A DNA stretch of 64,000 nt from Armatimonadota bacterium (GCA_046292385.1 JBKBRF010000002.1:96001-160000), one strand, 5' to 3'; counted from the stretch's first letter, positions 47,207 to 57,690 are shown. Made by a program: numbers and translations. Notes: generated from the sequence alone by a model not told the origin.

Positions 47207-48643
47207 ATGTCACACTCCGCCTCCGCCGCGCTCGCCGGACCGGCGGCCGGGCTCTGGCTCCGGGCGCTTACCTGCGCTCGCGGCCCCGCCCTCTGCCTCC
47301 TCGGGCCCGGGGGAGAGCTGCTCGACGCGAGCGCCTCCGCCCGGTCGCTCTACGGGTGGGGCAGCGGGCCGCTGCCGGAGTGGTCGTTCCCCGGGTTCTT
47401 CCCTCCGGAGGAGCGCCGGCGGCTCGACGGGACGCTCGCCGCGGCCGCGGCCCTGGGCGTGCTGGAGACCGGGGCGACCCACCGCCGCGCCGACGGCAGC
47501 ACCTTCCCCGCCCGGATCACGCTCACCGCCCTCCCGGACGGAGGGGCAGCGGCGGGCTTCCTGATGCAGACGGTCGACGAGACCGCCTCCGCCCGCCGGG
47601 AGGCGGTGCGGGCCGCCGCCGAGGAGCGCCTGCACGACCTGCTGCGGAGCCTGCCGGACACGCTGCTCGTCTTCGACCGGGAGCCGCGGCTGCTCTCCGT
47701 GACTCCGGAGGACGGCTGCCCGTTCGGGGCGCCGGGAGAGCTGCTCGGAAGGGGCTCGGACGATCCTGCCTGGCGCCTCGCGGGCGCTGACCCGCTGGGG
47801 GTGCGGCGGGTGCTGCGGACCGGCGGCCCTCTCGCCCCCTGGGAAGCGGAGTGGACCGGCAGCCGGGAGCCGCGCACCCTCTCCCTCGCGGCCGCCCCGC
47901 TGCAGGGCCCCGGCGGGCAGCCTCTCGGGGTGGTGGTCGCCGCGCGGGACGTAACCGGGCTCCGCGGCCGGGAGGAGGAGCGGGAGGCGCGAGAGCGGCT
48001 GGAAGAGCTTTCCCGGCGCCTGGTCGAGGAGCTGGAGGCGGAGCGCGCCCGGCTCTCGCGGGAGCTGCACGACGCGGTCGGCGGCGGCCTCGCGGCGCTC
48101 GGGCTGCTCCTCGCCGGGGACGCGGAGCCCGGCGCGAGAATTGCGGATGCGACCGCCGCGGTCCGGGAGCTGCACGCGCGGGTGCGGGAGCTGGCCCAGG
48201 AGCTGCGCCCGAAGGTGCTGGACGAGCTGGGGCTGCTGCCGGCGCTCTGCTGGCTGGCCCACCGGTACCGCGCGGCCGGCCTGGAGGTCGCGGTGACCCA
48301 CCGGAACACCGGCGAGCGCTGGGAGCCGGAGGTCGAGACCGCCTGCTTCCGCATCGCGCAGGAGGCGCTGGCGAACGCCGCCCGCCACGCGGGGGCCGCC
48401 GCCGTAACGCTCCACCTGGAGGGAACCCCCTCCAGCGCGCGGCTGTGGGTCCAGGACGACGGCCGCGGCTTCGACCCGGACGCTCCCCGCCCCCGGAGCA
48501 CCGGCCTGGCGGGAATGCGGGAGCGGGCGCGGCTACTGGGGGGAGCCCTGGTGGTGGAGAGCGCGCCGGGCGCCGGAACGTACGTGGAGGTGGAGCTCCC
48601 GCTGCTCCGCCAACCGGGAGCCGGAGGAGATCGATGCCCATGA
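47207..48643 (+). CDS. Cytoplasmic PAS-domain histidine kinase (HisKA_3/NarX type)
   Basis: RELHD, QEALANAARHA, DDGRGF, GLAGMRER; two PAS/PAC-like segments. Confidence 0.88.
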   Translation: MSHSASAALAGPAAGLWLRALTCARGPALCLLGPGGELLDASASARSLYGWGSGPLPEWSFPGFFPPEERRRLDGTLAAAAALGVLETGATHRRADGSTFPARITLTALPDGGAAAGFLMQTVDETASARREAVRAAAEERLHDLLRSLPDTLLVFDREPRLLSVTPEDGCPFGAPGELLGRGSDDPAWRLAGADPLGVRRVLRTGGPLAPWEAEWTGSREPRTLSLAAAPLQGPGGQPLGVVVAARDVTGLRGREEEREARERLEELSRRLVEELEAERARLSRELHDAVGGGLAALGLLLAGDAEPGARIADATAAVRELHARVRELAQELRPKVLDELGLLPALCWLAHRYRAAGLEVAVTHRNTGERWEPEVETACFRIAQEALANAARHAGAAAVTLHLEGTPSSARLWVQDDGRGFDPDAPRPRSTGLAGMRERARLLGGALVVESAPGAGTYVEVELPLLRQPGAGGDRCP

Positions 48644-49305
48644 ATCTGGAGCTTCCAGTGCGGGTACTGCTGGCGGACGACCATCCGCTGGTGCTGGACG
48701 GTCTGCGCCTGCGGGTGGAGGCGGACCGCCGCTTCCAGGTGGTGGGGCAGCTCACCAACGGACTGGAAGTGGTGCCCGCGGTGCAACGGCTCCGCCCGGA
48801 GCTCCTGCTGCTCGACCTCACCATGCCGGGCCTCACCGGCGGGGAGATCCTGCGCCAGCTCAACCGCCGCTTTCCGCGCACCCGGGTGATCGTCGTCTCC
48901 ATGTGGGCCGACCCGGTCACCGTCGCGGAAGCGCTGCGCAACGGCGCGTGGGGTTACGTCGTTAAGGAAGCGGGAGCGGAGGCGGTATCGCAGGCGCTCG
49001 CGGCGGTGCTGCGGGACGAGCAGTACCTGAGCGCGCCGCTGGACGAGCACGAAGTGCGGTGTCAGCTGGCACGGCTCCGGGCGCAGGTGCCCCGCGCCGA
49101 GACGCTGACCCCGCGGGAGCGGGAGGTGCTGAAGCTGAGCGCGGAAGGCCTCTCGAACCCCCGGATCGCGGAGCGGCTCTTCCTGAGCGTCCGCACCGTG
49201 GAGAGCCACCGCGCGCGCGTGCTGCGGAAGCTGGAGCTGACCGACCAGACCGACCTGGTGAAGTACGCCATCCGGAGCGGCCTGATCCCGCCGCCGCAGG
49301 AGTAG
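48634..49305 (+). CDS. NarL/FixJ-family response regulator
   Basis: LADDHP, LDLTMPG, LTPREREVL...SVRTVESHR; start at 48634 or 48640. Confidence 0.92.
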   Translation: MPMNLELPVRVLLADDHPLVLDGLRLRVEADRRFQVVGQLTNGLEVVPAVQRLRPELLLLDLTMPGLTGGEILRQLNRRFPRTRVIVVSMWADPVTVAEALRNGAWGYVVKEAGAEAVSQALAAVLRDEQYLSAPLDEHEVRCQLARLRAQVPRAETLTPREREVLKLSAEGLSNPRIAERLFLSVRTVESHRARVLRKLELTDQTDLVKYAIRSGLIPPPQE

Positions 49306-49306
49306 A

Positions 49307-49523
49307 GACTGAGTGGGAGAGTGGGCGCAAGGGGGAGTGGGAGAAACCGACCGCGTGGGCGGTGATCCATTGGCGCAGAGCACAACTATCCCCGAGCGCC
49401 ATCGAGTAAGAGTAGGAGCACGAGTAGGAGTAGGAGTCCCCGTCCCGTGAGGTTCGGATTCATCCCTCATCCTTCATCCCTCATCCCTCGACCTCCCCCA
49501 CTCTCGCGCTCTCCCACTCAGTC
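49307..49523. repeat. Nested composite repeat
   Basis: Perfect 15-bp arms gactgagtgggagag / ctctcccactcagtc enclosing a GAGTAG unit and TCATCCC heptamers. Confidence 0.75.
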
Positions 49524-49544
49524 AAATTCGACGGAGTCGATCCG

Positions 49545-50678
49545 ATGTCCGAGCTAGTTACCGGTCCGACGCAGCCGGCAGACCGCGTGCGGAAGTTCCC
49601 CTGCAAGCAGTGCGGGGCGAACCTGGAGTTCGCGCCGGGGCAGCAGGTGCTGGAGTGCCCGTACTGCGGCTTCCGGGAGGAGATTCCGGTCACCCCGGAG
49701 GCGATCCGGGAGTACGACCTGGAAGACGCGCTCCTGCGACTGCCGCACACGGAGGGCTGGGGGACGGAGCGCCGCTCGCTCCAGTGTGAGAACTGCGGCG
49801 CCGTCACCACCTTCGAGGAAGGGCAGGTGGCGGGCGACTGCGCCTTCTGCGGGTCGAGTAAGGTGGTCGAGCGCGACTCCGCCACCAACGTGATCCGGCC
49901 GGAGAGCCTGGTGCCGTTCTCCGTGAGCCGCGAGCAGGCGGTCGGGATGTTCCGGAAGTGGATCTCCGGCCTCTGGTTCCGGCCCAACAACCTCCAGCAT
50001 GCCGGCCAGCTCGCCAAGATCACCGGCGCCTACCTGCCGTTCTGGACCTACGACGCCTTCTCCAGCGCCTACTGGACGGCCGACGCCGGCTACCACTACT
50101 GGGAGACGGAGACCTACTGGGAGACGGGACCGGACGGCAAGCAGGAGCAGCGGACGCGCCAGGTGCAGAAGACCCGCTGGGTCCCCGCCTCCGGCCAGCG
50201 GCAGGACTTCTTCGACGACGAGCTGGTCTGCGCCTCGAAGGGCCTGCCGCCCAACCTGATCGGGGGGATCGCCCCGTTCGACCTCGGCCGCCTCGCCCCG
50301 TATGAGGCGAGCTTCCTGGCCGGCTTCACCGCGGAGGAGTACCAGATCGACCTGAAAGGCGGCTGGCTGGTCGCCCGGGAGCGGATGGAAGGGGAGGTCT
50401 ACCGCCGCTGCGCGGGCGACGTGCCGGGCGATACCCACCGCAACCTGAGCGTGAACACCGCCTTCAGCCAGATGACCTTCAAGCACCTGCTCCTGCCGGT
50501 CTGGGTAGCGGCCTACCTCTACGAGAACCGCAGCTACCGCTTCCTGGTCAACGGCCAGACCGGAAAAGCCTCCGGGGAGGCCCCGCTGAGCTGGTGGAAG
50601 ATCGCCGGCTTCACCCTGCTGATGGTCCTGCTCGGCCTCGGCATCTGGGGACTGGTGCAGCTCTTCGGCGGCCGCTAG
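49545..50678 (+). CDS. Double zinc-ribbon membrane-anchored protein
   Basis: CKQC/CPYC and CENC/CAFC pairs; YLPFW, LLPVW, VNGQTG; C-terminal TM. Confidence 0.8.
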   Translation: MSELVTGPTQPADRVRKFPCKQCGANLEFAPGQQVLECPYCGFREEIPVTPEAIREYDLEDALLRLPHTEGWGTERRSLQCENCGAVTTFEEGQVAGDCAFCGSSKVVERDSATNVIRPESLVPFSVSREQAVGMFRKWISGLWFRPNNLQHAGQLAKITGAYLPFWTYDAFSSAYWTADAGYHYWETETYWETGPDGKQEQRTRQVQKTRWVPASGQRQDFFDDELVCASKGLPPNLIGGIAPFDLGRLAPYEASFLAGFTAEEYQIDLKGGWLVARERMEGEVYRRCAGDVPGDTHRNLSVNTAFSQMTFKHLLLPVWVAAYLYENRSYRFLVNGQTGKASGEAPLSWWKIAGFTLLMVLLGLGIWGLVQLFGGR

Positions 50679-50685
50679 CCGACCT

Positions 50686-50941
50686 TTCACCGCGGGGATT
50701 CCGAACCATTTTTCACCACAGAGCGCACGGAGCACACAGAGACTCCGAACCGTTATTCACCGCAGAGGACGCGGAGAGCGCAGAGGGAACGCAGAGGAGA
50801 GGAACCAGAGGATTGGGCTTTCTCCGCTCCACGTGAGCCGGCCAGCGTCCCCGGGGATTCTCCTTCTGGTTCCCCTTTGCGTCCTTTGCGTTCTTGGCGG
50901 TGAATTCTGGTTCGGACTCCTCCACGCGTCTCTGCGGTGAA
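50686..50941. repeat. TTCACC(A/G)CAGAG nonamer-based palindromic element
   Basis: Three ttcacc heads and inverse gcggtgaa tails; internal blocks shared with 57703-58008. Confidence 0.8.
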
Positions 50942-51006
50942 AAAGTTTCGGAGCTCACCGCAACCAGGGCCTCGCCTGTCCGTTTGGTGCAGGAGAGGGG
51001 TTCTCC

Positions 51007-52227
51007 ATGCCGAGCTATTTGGTGGAAGTGCGCGCGCCGGACGGAGAGCTGGTGATCGGGCCGGTGACGGCGCCCAGCCTGCCTTCTCTGGCGCAGCGGC
51101 TTCGCGCAGAGGGGCAGACGCTGACCCGCGTCTTTCCGCAGCGGCAGGACCGCTCGCTCGGCGCCTACTGGCGGCGGATCAGTGAAGCGGAGCTGACGAC
51201 GGCGCTGCGGCAGCTCTCTACGATGCTGCAGAACCGGGTCGGCGCGGCGGAGGCGCTGGCGCTGCTCTCCCGCGAGGCGGCGAACCCGACGCTGAAGGCG
51301 CTGCTGCTTTCGGTGGAGCGGGCCGTGCGGGAAGGCGACACGCTTTCCCACGCGCTCTCCGCTTACCCGCGGCTCTTCGGAGCGGCGCAGCTCCGCCTGC
51401 TGGAGGCGGGCGAGAGCGGCCACCGGCTGCCGGAGGTGCTCCTGCACCTGGCGGACACGATCGAGCGCTCCGGGCAGGCGGCGCTGCGGGTGCGGACCGC
51501 GCTGATCTACCCGCAGACGGTCGGGATCTTCACGCTGCTGATGCTCGCCGGGACGCTGGGCTTCGTCACCCCGCGATTCATGGAGCTGTTCCGGGAGCTG
51601 GGACTCACCGACGAGCAGCTTCCCCTCGTGACGCGCTCGCTCCAGTGGGCGGTGACGGTCCTGGTGCCGCTGCTTGGCGCGCTGCTGCCGCTCGCGCTCC
51701 TGGCCGGCGCGGCAGCGTGGTGGTACGTCCGCCGGCGGGATCCGGTGCGAGGCGCCTACTGGAAGCTCCGGATCCCGGTGGTCGGCGCCCTCTATCACCA
51801 GCTCGCGCTGCTGCGACTCACGCGCCTGCTGGCGGCGCTGCTGCGCGGAGGGGTCCCGCTGCTGGAGGCGCTGCGGCTCGCCGGCCAGGGCGCGGGCGAT
51901 CCGCTGCTCCAGGCGGCGATGTGGGACGCGATCCCGCACGTGGCCGCCGGGGAGCCGCTCTCCGCCGCCTTCTCCCACGCCGGCATCCTCCCGCCCAGCT
52001 TCTGCGGGCAGGTCGCCGCGGCGGAAGGCGGCGCGGCGCTGCCGGACGCGCTCCTGCGGGCTTCGGAGTGGTACGGCGCCCGGGTCGATTACCTGGCGGC
52101 GCGGGTGAGCGCGCTGGTGGAGCCGTTCTTCATCGTGCTCCTCGCCCTCCTGGCCGGCTGGGTGGCGCTCGGGATGTTCGCGCCGCTGATCGCGATCATC
52201 CGCGGGCTCTCCGGGGCCGGCTTCTGA
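51007..52227 (+). CDS. Type II secretion / type IV pilus platform protein (GspF/PilC family)
   Basis: RQLSTML, GESGHRL, ALIYP, GGVPLLEAL, LVEP; three TMs. Confidence 0.9.
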   Translation: MPSYLVEVRAPDGELVIGPVTAPSLPSLAQRLRAEGQTLTRVFPQRQDRSLGAYWRRISEAELTTALRQLSTMLQNRVGAAEALALLSREAANPTLKALLLSVERAVREGDTLSHALSAYPRLFGAAQLRLLEAGESGHRLPEVLLHLADTIERSGQAALRVRTALIYPQTVGIFTLLMLAGTLGFVTPRFMELFRELGLTDEQLPLVTRSLQWAVTVLVPLLGALLPLALLAGAAAWWYVRRRDPVRGAYWKLRIPVVGALYHQLALLRLTRLLAALLRGGVPLLEALRLAGQGAGDPLLQAAMWDAIPHVAAGEPLSAAFSHAGILPPSFCGQVAAAEGGAALPDALLRASEWYGARVDYLAARVSALVEPFFIVLLALLAGWVALGMFAPLIAIIRGLSGAGF

Positions 52228-52255
52228 TGAAAGTGCTTCGGACGGAAACCATGCG

Positions 52256-53773
52256 ATGGAAACGGTAATCGAGGGCCGCTGGAAAGGGCGCGGCGGGGCG
52301 CGGCTGTTCGTCGCTCCGGAAGGGCTGACGCTGGTCGACCACGCCGGGGCGGTAGTCGGGGCGGTCGCCTACCCCGAAGTGGCGGGAGTGAGCGCCGGGC
52401 GCCGCGGGCGCGGCTCGCTGCTGCGCCTGGAGCTGCAGAGCCGGGAGCAGTGGGTCCTGGAGGGGCTGCACCCGCTCCAGGCGCGGTTCGCGAGCGAGCT
52501 GGTGCAGGAGCAGCTGGTGGCGCTGCAGCGGCGGCAGATGCCGCTCTACGCGCAGGCGCTGCCGCTGCCGCAGCTGGTGGAGGCGGCGCGCTCGATTCTC
52601 TCCGGCTCCCAGCGCGGCGTGATCGAGCTTCTCGACTTCCTCCTGGCACAGGCGGCGCACCACGGCGCCAGCGACCTGCACCTGGAGCCGTTTCCCGCCT
52701 CCGTCCGCGTACGGTTCCGCCGGGACGGCGTGCTGCTCGACGTCCTGGAGATCCCGGCGCTCTGGCTGCCCCGGCTCCTCGCCCGGCTGAAGATCCTGGC
52801 GGGCCTGGCGATCTACCGGTCCGACGTCCCGCAGGAGGGCCGCATGCCGCTGCGCCTGCCGGACCGCACCGTCGACCTGCGCGTGACGCTGCTCCCGACG
52901 CTGCACGGGGAGAAGGCGGTGCTGCGGCTCTTCGACCCGGCGCGGGCGCTCCTGCGGCTCGACCAGCTCGGCATGGCGCCGGAGCTCCAGGAGCGCTGGC
53001 AGCAGCTCCTCCAGCAGCCGCAGGGGATGCTTCTCCTCACCGGGCCGAGCAACCACGGCAAGACGACCACCCAGTACGCGAGCCTCTCGTTCCTCCACGA
53101 GCACCGGCGCGATCTCTCCAACCTCTGCACGGTGGAAGACCCGGTGGAGTACGACCTCCGCGTGGTGAACCAGACACAGGTGAACGACGCCGTCGGCCTC
53201 ACCTTCGCGGCGGGGCTCCGGACCGTCCTCCGGCAGGACCCGGAGGTCATCATGATCGGCGAGATCCGGGACGAGGAGACCGCCGGCATCGCGATCCGGG
53301 CAGGGCTCACGGGCCACCTGATCCTGAGCACCGTCCACGCGCGTTCGTCCCCTGGCGTCTTCCCCCGGCTGCTCGATCTCGGCTGCGAGCCGCATCTCGT
53401 CGCCGGCGCCGTGTCCGCAGTCCTGGCGCAGCGCCTGGTGCGGACGATCTGCGGCGAGTGCCGCGCGCCGGCGGAGGCGACGGCGCGGCAGCAGGAGCGG
53501 CTCGGGTTGGGAGCGGAGCCGCGGGAGTGGTCGCGCGGGGCCGGCTGCGGCGCGTGCGGCGGGACCGGCTACCGGGGCCGCACCGGGCTCTTCGACCTGC
53601 TGGAGGTGGACGAGAAGATGCGGGACGCGGTACTGCGCGGGAGGTCGGTCGACGAGCTGGAAGCGCTCGCGGGAGGCGACGGCCTGCGGGCCGACGGGGT
53701 GGCGAAGGCGGCGGCGGGGATCACTTCCCTCGACGAGCTGGAGCGGGTGCTGGGGAGCCGGCCGTGGAGATAG
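52256..53773 (+). CDS. GspE/PilB-family assembly ATPase
   Basis: ASDLHLEP, PQEGR, TVEDPVEY, LRQDPEVIMIGEIRD, TGHLILSTVH, Cys4 zinc motif; Walker A GPSNHGKT. Confidence 0.92.
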   Translation: METVIEGRWKGRGGARLFVAPEGLTLVDHAGAVVGAVAYPEVAGVSAGRRGRGSLLRLELQSREQWVLEGLHPLQARFASELVQEQLVALQRRQMPLYAQALPLPQLVEAARSILSGSQRGVIELLDFLLAQAAHHGASDLHLEPFPASVRVRFRRDGVLLDVLEIPALWLPRLLARLKILAGLAIYRSDVPQEGRMPLRLPDRTVDLRVTLLPTLHGEKAVLRLFDPARALLRLDQLGMAPELQERWQQLLQQPQGMLLLTGPSNHGKTTTQYASLSFLHEHRRDLSNLCTVEDPVEYDLRVVNQTQVNDAVGLTFAAGLRTVLRQDPEVIMIGEIRDEETAGIAIRAGLTGHLILSTVHARSSPGVFPRLLDLGCEPHLVAGAVSAVLAQRLVRTICGECRAPAEATARQQERLGLGAEPREWSRGAGCGACGGTGYRGRTGLFDLLEVDEKMRDAVLRGRSVDELEALAGGDGLRADGVAKAAAGITSLDELERVLGSRPWR

Positions 53774-54267
53774 TGCTCGGAGCGCTGCTCATCGCCGGCT
53801 TCGGCGCGCTGGGCCTCTACCTCCTGGTGCGGACGATCCTCGCCTGCCTGCCGTTCCGGCCGTGGGTGCTCCTCTCGGTCGTGGCGATTGACCTCTTCGT
53901 CTTCGGAGGCGCCGCCTTCGTGCTGCTGCTGGGATCCGCCGCCGTCGCCTGGATCCTGGAGGGGCTGCAGCAGGCGGCGATCGCGCTGGAGTGGGGCTCC
54001 CTGGCGGGGTCTCTCAACCGTTTGCTGATGGAGAGCGCGGAGGAGCCGCCGTCCGGCGCCGGCGACACGAGCTTCGTGGCGCTGCCGCTCCTCTTCGTGG
54101 CGTGGAAGATGTGTCTCCTCTTCGCGCTCGCGCGCTGGGAGCCGGTGCGCGGCCAGGGAGCAGCGCCCCGGCGTCCGGCTTCCGGCGTCACGCGGGGCGC
54201 CCGCCGGCCCCGCTACCGCGAGTTTCCGGAGCCCTCGCCGTGGCAGCGGGGCCCGCTCTCCTATTGA
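53764..54267 (+). CDS. Hypothetical multi-TM membrane protein
   Basis: GTG start overlapping the gspE end; 3-4 hydrophobic segments. Confidence 0.65.
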   Translation: MEIVLGALLIAGFGALGLYLLVRTILACLPFRPWVLLSVVAIDLFVFGGAAFVLLLGSAAVAWILEGLQQAAIALEWGSLAGSLNRLLMESAEEPPSGAGDTSFVALPLLFVAWKMCLLFALARWEPVRGQGAAPRRPASGVTRGARRPRYREFPEPSPWQRGPLSY

Positions 54268-54270
54268 GGA

Positions 54271-54672
54271 ATGGTCGTGGGAGCCAGTCGAAGCGATTCA
54301 ACAGGGACCCACCGGAGGAGGCGCCGCGGCGGCGCGCTGCTCTGGACGGTCGGCGCGCTCGCGGTGGTCGCCGCGGTGACGCCGCTCTACGTCTCGCTCT
54401 GCACCTCCATGGCGCGCGCCACCGGCCGCGGCGCGCACCGCCTGATCGCCACGCGCCGCGGCTCCGCCGAGCTGGAGCGGCTGCGGGAACGGCCGCAGGA
54501 GAGGCGCTTTGCGGTTCCGGAGCTGCCGGACGGGCGCGGCGAGGTGAGCCTGCGTCCCGGACCGGCGCCGCGGCTGCGGGAAGCGCGGCTCGCGATCACC
54601 TGGGACGAGCGGGGAGTCCGCGCCCGCGCCGAATGGACCACGCTCGTCGCCAGCCAGGGAGACACCCGATGA
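54271..54672 (+). CDS. Atypical minor pseudopilin-like protein
   Basis: RRRRGG followed by hydrophobic ALLWTVGALAVVAAV; no Glu5. Confidence 0.55.
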   Translation: MVVGASRSDSTGTHRRRRRGGALLWTVGALAVVAAVTPLYVSLCTSMARATGRGAHRLIATRRGSAELERLRERPQERRFAVPELPDGRGEVSLRPGPAPRLREARLAITWDERGVRARAEWTTLVASQGDTR

Positions 54673-55136
54673 GCGCGCGGCGAGGGATGCTGCTGACCCA
54701 GTGGATCGGCGCGCTGTTCGTCGGCGGGCTCGTCCTCGGCACGGCGGTGCCGCTCTACCTGACCGCGCAGCGAGAGGCCGCGCTCGGGGTCCGCCGGGCA
54801 CGCCTCGTCGCGGCCGGACGCGAGGCCGCGGCGCGGATCGAGCAGGACCTCCGCGAAGCGAGGGCGGCGCAGGTCTCCGCCGACGGGCGCTCCCTCCGCC
54901 TCACTTCCCGCGGAGCCGTCCGGTACGCTTCCACGGCGGAGGGGCTGCTGCGCGAGCGCCGCGATGCCTCCGGCACGATGCGGGAGCGGGCCTGGCTCGG
55001 CGGCGCGGCGCTGGAGACGCGCTTCCGGCGAGAGGGCCGGGCGGTAGCCGCGCACCTGCGGCTGCGGGATGAGCTGGAGGGGCGGCGCTCAGCGCTCGAC
55101 CTCCAGGTGCTCGCGACCCCGAGGGCCGCGCCATGA
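54669..55136 (+). CDS. Minor pseudopilin-like protein (GspJ/PilW-like)
   Basis: RRG-MLLTQW hydrophobic helix; [13 protein letters not shown] overlap. Confidence 0.6.
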   Translation: MSARRGMLLTQWIGALFVGGLVLGTAVPLYLTAQREAALGVRRARLVAAGREAAARIEQDLREARAAQVSADGRSLRLTSRGAVRYASTAEGLLRERRDASGTMRERAWLGGAALETRFRREGRAVAAHLRLRDELEGRRSALDLQVLATPRAAP

Positions 55137-55525
55137 AGCGCAGGCTGCACGGCCGGCGGGGCGGGACGCTCGCGCTGGTGCTGGCGCTCTACCTGGCGCT
55201 CGGCGCGGTGCTGCTCGGCGCCGTGAGCCTGGCCGCCGCCTCCGCCGGCGCGGCGGAGCGAGACTACCGCCGATCGCAGGCCCTGGCACTCGCCGAGGCC
55301 GGCCTGGCGGAAGCGATTGCCGGCGCGGAGCCGCACCAGTCGCGTCCGCTCGGGCTCGGCCGCTACGCCTGGAGCGTCCAACCGCAGGACCCCGGCCGGC
55401 TGGTGACGGCGCGCGGGGAGGTCGAGTCGGTCTCGGGAGCGGTGGTCACGCGGACGGTCCGCGCGCTCCTGGCGCGCTCCGGCCCCGGCTGGAAGATCGT
55501 CTCCTGGGAGGAAGGAAGCCGATGA
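55133..55525 (+). CDS. PilX/GspK-like minor pilin
   Basis: [24 protein letters not shown]-terminal IVSWEE. Confidence 0.65.
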   Translation: MKRRLHGRRGGTLALVLALYLALGAVLLGAVSLAAASAGAAERDYRRSQALALAEAGLAEAIAGAEPHQSRPLGLGRYAWSVQPQDPGRLVTARGEVESVSGAVVTRTVRALLARSGPGWKIVSWEEGSR

Positions 55526-56235
55526 ACCCGCCTGCTCGCCCCCGGCGCGGCTTCACGCTCGTGGAGCTGACGGTGGTCGTTGCCGTGATCGCTATCCTCG
55601 CCGCCATCCTCTTCCCGGTCTTCGCGCAGGCTCGCGAGGCGACCCGCCGCGCCTCCTGCACGGCGAACCTCCACCAGATCGGGATGGCGCTCCATCTCTA
55701 CGGGCGCGACCACGACGGCCGGCTCCCGCCGGGCCACCACGACCTGACGCCGCTCCTCGGGCTCTACCTGAACTCGTGGGGAGTGTTCAATTGTCCCAGC
55801 AGCCCCCACCGGATCGACCTCTCTCCGCTGCCGGCGCCGCGGTCCGGACCGATCCCGCCCGTGGGCCCCGGCCTGCTCACCGAGAAGCCCGCCGGACGGT
55901 ACTCGGCGTTCCAGTACCGGGGCGGACTGACCCTGGAGGAGCGGGGAGAGACGCCGATCGCGGCCGACTGGGCGTTCTGGCACCAGGGCCGGTCGCACGT
56001 GCTGCTGCTGGGAGGCCGCGTGGAGGGAGTGCCGCCCGAGCGCTGGAAGCCGATCGCGCCGCCGCTCTTCTGGCGGCCCGGGCTCTCGATGGAGTGGCCC
56101 GACAACATCACCCCTTTCTTGCACGGCAAGCCGCCCCGCACACCGAAAGCCGCGGAGAGGCCGCCGGAGCAGTGGGCACGCCCCGGGGTACCGGTCGGCG
56201 GCCCGCCGGTGACCCCCGGGAGCGGCAGGCCATGA
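55522..56235 (+). CDS. Prepilin-type DUF1559-like protein (H-X9-GG variant)
   Basis: RRG-FTLVEL...[30 protein letters not shown]. Confidence 0.85.
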   Translation: MNPPARPRRGFTLVELTVVVAVIAILAAILFPVFAQAREATRRASCTANLHQIGMALHLYGRDHDGRLPPGHHDLTPLLGLYLNSWGVFNCPSSPHRIDLSPLPAPRSGPIPPVGPGLLTEKPAGRYSAFQYRGGLTLEERGETPIAADWAFWHQGRSHVLLLGGRVEGVPPERWKPIAPPLFWRPGLSMEWPDNITPFLHGKPPRTPKAAERPPEQWARPGVPVGGPPVTPGSGRP

Positions 56236-56771
56236 GACGACCGCGCGCAGGCTTTACCTTGGTGGAGCTCACCGTCGTCTTCGCCGTCATCGGCATCCTC
56301 GCCGCGATCCTCTTCCCGGTCTTCAACCAGGCACGAGAGGCGGGGCGGAAGGCAGACTGCCAGACGCGGCTCTACCAGCTCGGCGCCGCGCTGCAGCTCT
56401 ACGCGCGGGACCACGACGGCAAGCTGCCGCCGGCACACAACGACTTCCGGCCGCTGCGGGGCGTCTACGTGACCGACGAGCAGCTCTTCCGGTGCCCTAC
56501 CGACAGCGGGAAAGGCGCCAGCTACCAGTACCGCGGCGGCCTCTCCCTGGAGGACCGCCCGGACATTCCGCTCGCCGCGGACTGGGACTTCCGCCACGGC
56601 GGCGGCGGCTCTGTGCTCTACCTGGACGGGCACGTCAAGTGGATCAAGGACACCAACTGGCAGCCGGTGGCGCCGGGGCCGCGGCCGGGCGGACCCACGC
56701 CGGGAGCTACGCCGATGCCGTACCTGAACGACTGGCAGTCCACACCGGCCCCGGCGGAGGAGGCGGAATGA
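56232..56771 (+). CDS. Prepilin-type DUF1559-like protein with H-X9-DG
   Basis: [31 protein letters not shown]. Confidence 0.87.
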   Translation: MRRPRAGFTLVELTVVFAVIGILAAILFPVFNQAREAGRKADCQTRLYQLGAALQLYARDHDGKLPPAHNDFRPLRGVYVTDEQLFRCPTDSGKGASYQYRGGLSLEDRPDIPLAADWDFRHGGGGSVLYLDGHVKWIKDTNWQPVAPGPRPGGPTPGATPMPYLNDWQSTPAPAEEAE

Positions 56772-57256
56772 GCGGGATGCACTCCACAACGCGGCGGGGG
56801 TTTACGTTCCTGGAGCTGGTGGTGACGCTGGCGATCGTCCTCACGCTTGTCGCGCTCCTGCTGCCCGCGTTCGTCTCCGGCCGCGAAGGCGCCCGCCGGA
56901 CCAACTGCGGCAGCAACCTGCAGCAGCTCGGAGCGGCGCTGCAGCTCTACGCGCTCGACCACAACGGGCGCTACCCGCCGGAGCACGACCGGTGGGAGCC
57001 GCTCGCCACCTACACGAAGAACGAGGGCATCTACCGCTGTCCGACGGCAGAGCTCCGGAAGCTCTCACCGGAACACTACCGCTACCGGGGTGGGCTGGCC
57101 AACGACCAGCGGTCCGACCTCTCGCTCGCGTGGGACCGCACACCACTGCATGAGGACGGCGCCAACCTGCTGCAGCTCGGCGGGAGCGTCCGCTGGGTGC
57201 CGCGGAATCGGCTCCCGGCCCTGCCGGGGAGAGGACCGCAGGAGACCGCGGAATGA
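56768..57256 (+). CDS. Prepilin-type DUF1559-like protein (H-X9-GG variant)
   Basis: [30 protein letters not shown]. Confidence 0.83.
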   Translation: MSGMHSTTRRGFTFLELVVTLAIVLTLVALLLPAFVSGREGARRTNCGSNLQQLGAALQLYALDHNGRYPPEHDRWEPLATYTKNEGIYRCPTAELRKLSPEHYRYRGGLANDQRSDLSLAWDRTPLHEDGANLLQLGGSVRWVPRNRLPALPGRGPQETAE

Positions 57257-57690
57257 GACCCGCACGACGAGGCTTCACGCTGATCGAGCTGCTCGTGGTG
57301 ATCGCCATGATCGCGATCCTCGCCGCGATCACGCTCCCGATGATCCCGGGAGTGAACGACCAGGCGCGCATCGCCACCTGCGAGTCCCGGCTGCAGCAGA
57401 TCGGCGTCGCGCTGCGCCTGTACGCGGAGGACCACCACCGCTACCCCGCGCGGCTGGCGGAGCTGTACGACGGCCGCTACCTGGAGCAGCGGAGCCTGCT
57501 GCGGTGCGACAAGGCGGAGACGGAGTACTTCTACCGCCCTCCCTCGCTCACCGCCGAGCGGGAGCAAGTGGTCGCCGCCTGCGTCGACCCCGCCACACCC
57601 CCGGGCCGGCGCCCGCACCGCCACGGCACCACGCTGGTGCGCCTGCACGTCCACGGCGGCGCTTCCCTGGCCCAGGAGCGACCGGAATAG
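57253..57690 (+). CDS. Prepilin-type (GspG-like / degenerate DUF1559) protein
   Basis: [36 protein letters not shown]. Confidence 0.83.
   Translation: MRPARRGFTLIELLVVIAMIAILAAITLPMIPGVNDQARIATCESRLQQIGVALRLYAEDHHRYPARLAELYDGRYLEQRSLLRCDKAETEYFYRPPSLTAEREQVVAACVDPATPPGRRPHRHGTTLVRLHVHGGASLAQERPE

Noticed and set aside
50686..50941. Possible CRISPR array in the repeat clusters
   Set aside because: Units are degenerate, inverted and irregularly spaced, with no unique equal-length spacers and no cas genes.
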